Source: a virus
Virus record (IMG/VR): IMGVR_UViG_3300025000_000064
Span: 59,606 to 123,605 of that record
Reading direction: 5' to 3' (one strand)
DNA length: 64,000 nt
A program made the translations under genes and the position numbers. Positions 57,657-64,000 of the stretch are shown in pieces; the first letter of the stretch is position 1; every line of letters begins with the position of its first letter. The notes beneath the pieces were generated by a model. It searched no databases, was not told the origin of the DNA, and saw only the letters and a program-made list of their open reading frames with translations.

Positions 57657-58328
57657 ATGAGAGAAATTAAAAATTATATTAATGAAAAATTTGGAAGACT
57701 AACAGTTGTGAAATATAGTCACACTGATAAAAATTATAAAAAGTATTATATATGTTTATGTGATTGCGGAAATATTACTACTGTATCTATAGGTAATTTA
57801 AAAAATTGCATAAAATCATGTAGATATCTTAAGAAGGAATTACACTTAAAGAGGAATATTATCCATAATTTAAGTAATACTAGATTTTATAAAATACATA
57901 AATCTATGAAAGAGAGATGTTTAAATAAAAATAATAAAAATTTTAAAAATTATGGAGGAAGAGGAATTACAATACAAAAAGACTGGTTGAATTTTAATAA
58001 TTTTAAAAATGATATGTATGAATCATATTTATCTCATATTGAACAATATAGCGAAAAGCAAACAACCATAGATAGAATAGATGTTAATGGCAATTATGAA
58101 TTAAATAATTGCAGATGGGCGACTTGTAAAGAGCAAGTACACAATAGAAGGAGACAAAAGAGTCAAAAAGAATTTAAAGCAATATCTCCCGAAGGGATAG
58201 AATATATTAGCGATAATCAAATGAAATTTGCCAAAGAGCATGGATTATATTTTACTTATATAAGTAGATGTTTAAATAAAAAATACGGTTTTAAATCGCA
58301 TCATAAATGGACTTTTGAGTATATTTAA
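57657..58328 (+). CDS. Free-standing HNH-family homing endonuclease, antisense within the tail operon
   Basis: CLCDCG, YGGRGITI, TIDRIDVNGNY...NCRWAT..EQ; close paralog of 23985..24695. Confidence 0.85.
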   Translation: MREIKNYINEKFGRLTVVKYSHTDKNYKKYYICLCDCGNITTVSIGNLKNCIKSCRYLKKELHLKRNIIHNLSNTRFYKIHKSMKERCLNKNNKNFKNYGGRGITIQKDWLNFNNFKNDMYESYLSHIEQYSEKQTTIDRIDVNGNYELNNCRWATCKEQVHNRRRQKSQKEFKAISPEGIEYISDNQMKFAKEHGLYFTYISRCLNKKYGFKSHHKWTFEYI

Positions 58329-59287
58329 ATTATGATAGCTTCTATATCACAACCAAAGTCCCCATCTGTATTATTTCCTGCCAATGTTATATTTTTAACA
58401 ATACAATAATTTTTAGGAAAGAATTTACTTTGTATTTGTAAATAGCTGCCAGGTATTATTTCTGGTATCATCAGTGTTTTAAACTGAAGCTTATGTTCTT
58501 TATCATATTGCTTAGTTTCAAACTTTTGTGTAGCTTCTGCAATACTTCTATTTCTTGCAGCAATTGATTTTGGAGTTGGTTTCTTAAGTGGTTTTCTTGT
58601 CTTGTTATATTTTTTATGAATTTTGGTAATCGTTTTCTCTATACTTCCAACCAATCCTGTTTCTTCACTTATTACAAAAGCATTGCTTGTTATTGCTGTA
58701 TCGTCTTTTTTTATAATAAGTTTATTATTCTGTATTGAATATCTAACACCATTTTTATAACAATATTCTTTTAAATATTTGGCAGAACTGCCAAATAATG
58801 TATGGGAATTTGTTATTACTGCTGTTTCATCAACATCTAATATTTTTGGGTCTGGAAGTCCCATTGAATTTGATATATCTTTTAATATTTTATAATAAGT
58901 TGTTCCCGAAGGATAAGTTTTATTTATTCTTGAATCTCTATATTGATTGCTTCCGTCTTCAAAAGTAATCTCAGTGGAAACGGTTGCACTATCATAAGAG
59001 TGTTTAACTTTTGAAATGTTTCCCATTCCAATAAGTTTATATTCTTCTTCGTAACCACCATATATAACACAATAAATATACTTATCTTCTATTGCTCTTC
59101 TTGTTTCTTCGTTAAGGTTGTATAGCGTACAAGATGATTCATTTGGTTCTTTCTCTGATGTTTTAACAACAGAAAACGACATATCAAAACCGTCTTTATT
59201 ATTTGTGGTTCTGGCATTAAATTTTTGACCTTTGCCATTTTCATCAGCAAGTTCTATATATAAACATCTGTTGAATAATGTACTCAT
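58325..59287 (-). CDS. Baseplate hub protein
   Basis: F.V.KT..KEPN.....LYNL..ETR, GGY and IS.ETGLVGS; found at the expected position. Confidence 0.75.
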   Translation of the reverse strand: MSTLFNRCLYIELADENGKGQKFNARTTNNKDGFDMSFSVVKTSEKEPNESSCTLYNLNEETRRAIEDKYIYCVIYGGYEEEYKLIGMGNISKVKHSYDSATVSTEITFEDGSNQYRDSRINKTYPSGTTYYKILKDISNSMGLPDPKILDVDETAVITNSHTLFGSSAKYLKEYCYKNGVRYSIQNNKLIIKKDDTAITSNAFVISEETGLVGSIEKTITKIHKKYNKTRKPLKKPTPKSIAARNRSIAEATQKFETKQYDKEHKLQFKTLMIPEIIPGSYLQIQSKFFPKNYCIVKNITLAGNNTDGDFGCDIEAIII

Positions 59288-59308
59288 TAAATAAACCTAT
59301 TAATATTA

Positions 59309-59677
59309 TTATTGATTTTCAAAAACTATATTTGATATTGATAATTTATGTTCATCGCCTAAATTAAATTGACTTGGATAATCATTCTTATTAACTATAT
59401 TATAAGAGAATAAAAATGGTGTATTTAAATCAAAGAGATGTTGATAATTATGATATAAGTTCCAATTGGGAACAATCTTTGTTGTGCATAATAATTCTTC
59501 TAATTGATTATAAACTTCCAATGACCAGAACTCATAAAGATTATTCCATTTATACCAAAATATAAACTCTTTATTGTTTATATTTATATTATATTTAAAG
59601 GAAGAGTCTGCAAAAAGTGGTAAGTCTTGAGCCGTTATATTTTCTACCATATCAATAAAAGATTCTATTTTTATCAT
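59309..59677 (-). CDS. Baseplate plug-like protein
   Basis: F.F.YKWN..YEFWSLEV pattern; lies between the Dit-like and hub genes. Confidence 0.55.
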   Translation of the reverse strand: MIKIESFIDMVENITAQDLPLFADSSFKYNININNKEFIFWYKWNNLYEFWSLEVYNQLEELLCTTKIVPNWNLYHNYQHLFDLNTPFLFSYNIVNKNDYPSQFNLGDEHKLSISNIVFENQ

Positions 59678-59699
59678 TTTATTATCCTTTATAGATTGA

Positions 59700-60563
59700 T
59701 TAATTAATCATATATTTTTGTATATCTAAATTAAACTCTCTTCTGCCTATCTCTATAATTTGATTTCTTTTACTGTCTGATACTGTTGGCATCCAAGCAT
59801 ATTTTCCATCCATTCCAGGCACAGAGACAAAATATGTATCTGGATTTGTAGCAAAACTATTTCTAAAATTTTCTATAGGGTTATTTACAACACCCTTTTG
59901 ATTTCCTTTATCTTTTGCTCCTGCTGTTTTATTTGCATTTGCTATTTTAGCTAGAATACTAGCGTTCGAGCCATCATTTTTTGCCAAAGAAGCAGCCAAA
60001 GCAGCTTTTAATTTTGCAATAATTTCTTTTGATAAAGTTGTTTTCTGAGAATTTACTTTTGGAGTTTCTTTAAATGTTAAACTAACATCCCAGCCATCTC
60101 CTGAGTCTATATTTTCCTGAAAAGAGATAGACTTTAGCATAAATCCAGAGTAAACCCTGCTGTTTATATCTAAATAATCAATTACAACGGCTTTTGCTTT
60201 TATCTTTTCTAATAATGCTAAAACATCTTCTTTTTTTCTTTTTTGAATGCCTGTTGTTGTCGAAGAAACTTGCATACCATTTGAATCAATTGGGATTGCA
60301 TTAACAATGGCTCCATTTTTTAAAAAAGTTGTTATATCTTCTTTTCTTATTATGAGTTCAACTTCTTCTTCAGCAGGAATAAATATTATTGCAGGAACTT
60401 CTCTAAGATTTTCAATTGAATTATCTGTAAAGCTTTTTCTTGTCTCCGAAGGGTGTTCTGTTATTGTATTCTCAGAACTATAATCAGAGCTTAAACAAAC
60501 TTTTATAAATAATTCTTTATTTTCCTGTGTTTCTGGGTCTTTATATGTTAAAAATAATGACAT
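59700..60563 (-). CDS. Tail tube initiator / Dit-like baseplate protein
   Basis: ITEHPSE...FTDN and VY..FML.SI....G..W.V.LTFKE; follows the tape measure gene. Confidence 0.7.
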   Translation of the reverse strand: MSLFLTYKDPETQENKELFIKVCLSSDYSSENTITEHPSETRKSFTDNSIENLREVPAIIFIPAEEEVELIIRKEDITTFLKNGAIVNAIPIDSNGMQVSSTTTGIQKRKKEDVLALLEKIKAKAVVIDYLDINSRVYSGFMLKSISFQENIDSGDGWDVSLTFKETPKVNSQKTTLSKEIIAKLKAALAASLAKNDGSNASILAKIANANKTAGAKDKGNQKGVVNNPIENFRNSFATNPDTYFVSVPGMDGKYAWMPTVSDSKRNQIIEIGRREFNLDIQKYMIN

Positions 60564-60577
60564 TTATTTATTCCTTA

Positions 60578-62476
60578 TTATGGAAAGTTTAATATAGATG
60601 GAGAGCCAGGTAAATTATTTTTTAATCCAGAAACTATAGCGTTTGGATTATCTAATGTATTTATTTGGAAACCACCATAATTATATGTTGTATTGGCATT
60701 AGAATTATTTGATAATTGGTTTGCTTTATAGCCACCATATCCACCTATTGCCATACCAGGGATAATTCCTGCTGGACCCATAGTAACTAACCCTAATATT
60801 CCTCCGCCAATAGCTCCAGAAAATATAGACTTCATTTGTTCTTCTAATTTACTCAAAGCTATTTTTGCATGGGTAAATAAAATACTGATAGTTCCAACAC
60901 CTTCTACTTCAAAAGTTCTTCTCCATTTTTGAAGCCTATTTAACCAATTCATTACTTTATCAATATTATTGTATATTAACGTAGACACCAACCCTATAGA
61001 TAATCCCCATAATCCCATAGAAAGAGTAGCTGCCCTGCTGGTTGCAGAAAAGGCTAAAATGAGAGCATTTCTTGCCGAAGAAATAGCTTTTATGAGCGAA
61101 ACACCTATTATGTTATTTATTAAAAAGGCAACTAATGGAACTATAGTTTTCATTTGCTTGGAAATATCTAATAAAATATTTCCAAGACTCTTCATTGTTC
61201 TTTCAAACTTATCGCCTTGAATAACAGCGGTTATTGCATCCGCCACATTACCTATCGCTTCACTAAATCCACTTTCTGAAAGTTTCATTTGCAATTCCAT
61301 AATGGCGTTTTGCATGTTTATTATTTTTGACTGAGATGATGCTAAAGCAGCACTTAATCCTTGTCCTAATTCTTGTTTTAATTGTTTTGCAAATTTTGGC
61401 AAAAACTCATTGGCAAATACCTTGCCATCTTTTACCATTTTGTTAAATTCTTTTTCAGACTTCCCCATTGCTCTTGCAGCAATACCGAAGGCACCAGGTA
61501 TATGTTCTCCCAACTGTCTTCTTAATTCTTCCATTGAGATTGTACCCTTGGAAGCCATTTGTTCAACAGCAAGTGAAACTAATTTAAATTGACGAGGAAG
61601 GATATGCATAACTGTAGAAGCTTGCAATAAAGAATCATAAACACTTCTCATGTCTTTTTGAGATAATGTTTTATTAGCAGCAGCATAGAATTTAGAATAA
61701 CCTTCTGCTGCATCCAACATAGGTTGTCTTAATTCTTTTGCTCTTTTATAAATCCAATCCATTTCTTCTTTAGCCATACCAACATTGGGAGCTAAAGCTT
61801 TAAATCTTACATCAACTGCAATGAGTCTATTGTTTACATCAATTAAGTCTCTTACAAACTTTGCCATATAAGAAGCGGTAATTAACATTAATGCATTTTT
61901 TACATTAAATAATCCATCAAGAAAACCTTGTTGAGATTGCTTTTGTCTTTCAATTGCTTTTTGTTGCTTTTTTAATTCTCTGGTTACTTCTTTTTCATCA
62001 GATATTCTTTTTCTTGCGTAACCATTAGCTTGGCTATATGATTGTCTATCTATTGCTGCTTGGTTTTTATAATTTTTAAATGAAGCCATAGCATCAGCTT
62101 CACCAGAAGTAAAGCCTCTTGTTTTTTTAAGAAATTGAGAATGTTCTGCTCTTGCTTTTGCTATTTGGTCAGATGTTAATGGAGCTTTAAAGTTTCTATT
62201 TATAGAAGCATTGCCAACAGAATCAACATACATTATCTTAGACTTTGTATCTAAAACTCTCTTATAAGATTTATTTAATCTTTCGGCATTAGATATGTCT
62301 CTACTGACATTTTTGCCAAGGGTCATCCCAAGTGAAGATTTTTTAAATTGTCTTTCAATATTGGCTAATTTTTTAGACAAAGATGTTAATAAACCATCTA
62401 CGGCTTTTAATCCTGCAATAGCTTTTTCGCTATCTATTTGTATTAAACCTTCTAGTCCAAAATCTTTATTAGCCAT
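60578..62476 (-). CDS. Tape measure protein
   Basis: QMASKGTISMEELRRQLGEHIPGAF..AARAMG tape-measure domain. Confidence 0.9.
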   Translation of the reverse strand: MANKDFGLEGLIQIDSEKAIAGLKAVDGLLTSLSKKLANIERQFKKSSLGMTLGKNVSRDISNAERLNKSYKRVLDTKSKIMYVDSVGNASINRNFKAPLTSDQIAKARAEHSQFLKKTRGFTSGEADAMASFKNYKNQAAIDRQSYSQANGYARKRISDEKEVTRELKKQQKAIERQKQSQQGFLDGLFNVKNALMLITASYMAKFVRDLIDVNNRLIAVDVRFKALAPNVGMAKEEMDWIYKRAKELRQPMLDAAEGYSKFYAAANKTLSQKDMRSVYDSLLQASTVMHILPRQFKLVSLAVEQMASKGTISMEELRRQLGEHIPGAFGIAARAMGKSEKEFNKMVKDGKVFANEFLPKFAKQLKQELGQGLSAALASSQSKIINMQNAIMELQMKLSESGFSEAIGNVADAITAVIQGDKFERTMKSLGNILLDISKQMKTIVPLVAFLINNIIGVSLIKAISSARNALILAFSATSRAATLSMGLWGLSIGLVSTLIYNNIDKVMNWLNRLQKWRRTFEVEGVGTISILFTHAKIALSKLEEQMKSIFSGAIGGGILGLVTMGPAGIIPGMAIGGYGGYKANQLSNNSNANTTYNYGGFQINTLDNPNAIVSGLKNNLPGSPSILNFP

Positions 62477-62477
62477 A

Positions 62478-62738
62478 TTATTTCGCTTCCATATAAACTT
62501 GTTGAATCATATCAAAGTCAGATAAGGCTTGAAACATCACAACCATATCTTCAAATGTCCACTTATTACATATATCTATAAAACTATCTTTATTTTTTTC
62601 ATTAAAGTATAGTTGATATATAGGTCGCATATAATCTGGAACTTCAGAATTAGACATTATCATTTCAATTTTTGTTTGAATGTTTTTATCTACTTTTGTA
62701 CCAATTCCAGGAATTGCAACTTTTTTGCTATCTTTTTT
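62478..62738 (-). CDS. Tail assembly chaperone, -1 frameshift extension (GT-like)
   Basis: The -1 frame from the A-AAA-AAG heptamers (62732-62738 and 62720-62726) is open into MIMSNSEVPD... and stops at 62478. Confidence 0.75.
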   Translation of the reverse strand, partial: KKDSKKVAIPGIGTKVDKNIQTKIEMIMSNSEVPDYMRPIYQLYFNEKNKDSFIDICNKWTFEDMVVMFQALSDFDMIQQVYMEAK

Positions 62739-63172
62739 AACCCCACTTCAAAGTTAAACTTCATTGCTTCAATGAAGATTTCTGCTAATTCGTCAAGTTC
62801 GTCAATGCTTAAATCTTCTAAATTGAATTTAACTTCTTTAATGCCATCATCTGATTTTTCAGAAACGATTGCATCTGTTAAAATTCTTTCAAATATTAAT
62901 ATAAATAAATCTATATTATCTGCTATTAATTCTATTAATTTGGGAATATTTTCCTTAAAAGAATCAGCATTGGATAATAAACTATTTAATGTATCAATAT
63001 TTTCTTTTTGGTCTTCTTTGCTTTTAAATAATAAATCTATTATCATAGAGATTATGGGAGTCGCAGTTATTTTTGATAACTGCGAACTAACCCATAAAGC
63101 ATCTTTTAAGCCCATCTTTTTTAGCTTATATTCTTTATCATCTATATTAAATTTATGATATTTTATACTCAT
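62690..63172 (-). CDS. Tail assembly chaperone (G-like)
   Basis: Lies between the tube and tape measure genes and ends in slippery heptamers. Confidence 0.75.
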   Translation of the reverse strand: MSIKYHKFNIDDKEYKLKKMGLKDALWVSSQLSKITATPIISMIIDLLFKSKEDQKENIDTLNSLLSNADSFKENIPKLIELIADNIDLFILIFERILTDAIVSEKSDDGIKEVKFNLEDLSIDELDELAEIFIEAMKFNFEVGLKKIAKKLQFLELVQK

Positions 63173-63212
63173 TTGGTCACTCTCTTTATTATATTGTATT
63201 ATTATTTAGTTT

Positions 63213-63749
63213 TTATAATGGAGATATTACATTGTTAGCGTTTTGTATTTGTCCTGCCAAGGCTGTAACTGACTGTAATGTTGCAGATGCGGTTTCTATT
63301 TTAGATGTACAAGTGCCTGTTAATTCAACATCTACTGTTTCTAAACTCCCCTGATATTTTAATGAAGGATTGCCTTTTATAGCACCTATAAAATTATAAG
63401 AGATATTTAACATAGGGTCTTTGAATGAACAGGTTACTAACATATCAGCAGGAGCATTCATTATTTTAGCTGCACCGATTAAACTTCTGCTTTTTGCAAC
63501 CAATTTATGAATTTCTGAGCCATGCATTGCGCTTATTTTAATTTCTGTTTTCTTTGAGTTTTTGAAAGAGAATTGAGTATATTCTCCTGTAACATCTTCT
63601 TTAACATCTACTTGGTCTTGAGGAAATGTTACTTCAATACTACCGTCTGCATCAACTCCACCTTCTTTAACAACATCAATGGTTTTTAAACCTGAAATTG
63701 ACATTGTAAAGTTTATTGCAGCCATATTATATATAGTTGGTGTTGCCAT
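63213..63749 (-). CDS. Tail tube protein
   Basis: Directly follows the sheath gene; beta-rich, 178 aa. Confidence 0.7.
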   Translation of the reverse strand: MATPTIYNMAAINFTMSISGLKTIDVVKEGGVDADGSIEVTFPQDQVDVKEDVTGEYTQFSFKNSKKTEIKISAMHGSEIHKLVAKSRSLIGAAKIMNAPADMLVTCSFKDPMLNISYNFIGAIKGNPSLKYQGSLETVDVELTGTCTSKIETASATLQSVTALAGQIQNANNVISPL

Positions 63750-63792
63750 TTTTATATATCCTTTATTTATAAATTATAAATTATATTGAACT

Positions 63793-63999
63793 TTATACGT
63801 TCATGTCGCCATCAATATCAACGCTATGAATAGCAGAACTGTATCTGAATTTAACATTTATATAACCAACATATTGTCTAGCTATTCTGTCTGCATCTGA
63901 AACTTCTGAAACAGGTGTCACTGTTATTTCGTAAGGAACAAGAACTGACTCTGCGTTATAATCTCTTGTTTGATATGTTATAAGTCTGCCTTTAGAAAT
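63793..63999 (-). CDS. Tail sheath protein, C-terminal fragment (DUF3383-like; not in the ORF track)
   Basis: Manual translation ...VTPVSEVSDADRIARQYVGYINVKFRYSSAIHSVDIDGDMNV*. Confidence 0.75.
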   Translation of the reverse strand: MSKGRLITYQTRDYNAESVLVPYEITVTPVSEVSDADRIARQYVGYINVKFRYSSAIHSVDIDGDMNV

Positions 64000-64000
64000 T

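Noticed and set aside
273-63158. Many short opposite-strand ORFs in the track (for example 273-518, 1219-1668, 14927-15337, 17148-17486, 43180-43539, 46337-46669, 62613-63158)
   Set aside because: They are shadows of longer motif-bearing genes on the other strand, with F/L/I/S-biased composition, no RBS and no motifs.
1-64000. Alternative genetic code (stop-codon reassignment)
   Set aside because: Conserved proteins are full length under the standard code, coding density is high, and TAA, TGA and TAG all serve as real stops.

Overview
The whole window looks like part of a large, very AT-rich (about 26% GC by eye) tailed-phage genome with a contractile tail; no host chromosomal backbone is evident. 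From left to right: (1) a minus-strand glycan operon (1-8646) with GmhA, HddA, HddC, an NDP-sugar epimerase, a TagF-like transferase, two methyltransferases, a GT4 and three tandem GT-A-like paralogs, led by a 127-nt tRNA-like structured leader; (2) small accessory genes, two metallophosphoesterases, a roughly 480-nt ORF-free structured RNA with its own promoter and terminator (13522-14112), and a CobO-type adenosyltransferase; (3) a replication module diverging from a repeat-rich candidate origin (28.6-29.0 kb): sigma factor, DnaE, RuvC-like resolvase, HNH, DnaB and adenine MTase to the left; TK, DnaG, UvrD-like helicase with a class-3 intein, C5 MTase, PD-(D/E)XK nuclease and ATP-dependent ligase to the right; (4) a second glycosylation pair and a TnpB inserted in a decayed paralog; (5) lysis, tail-fibre, baseplate, tape-measure, chaperone, tube and sheath genes on the minus strand. 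The most interesting non-gene signals are the two candidate ncRNAs, three dispersed 83-bp repeats, a displaced duplicate of the dnaB 3' end behind an HNH gene, and an apparent total absence of GATC. All alignments and folds were done by hand and need computational confirmation.
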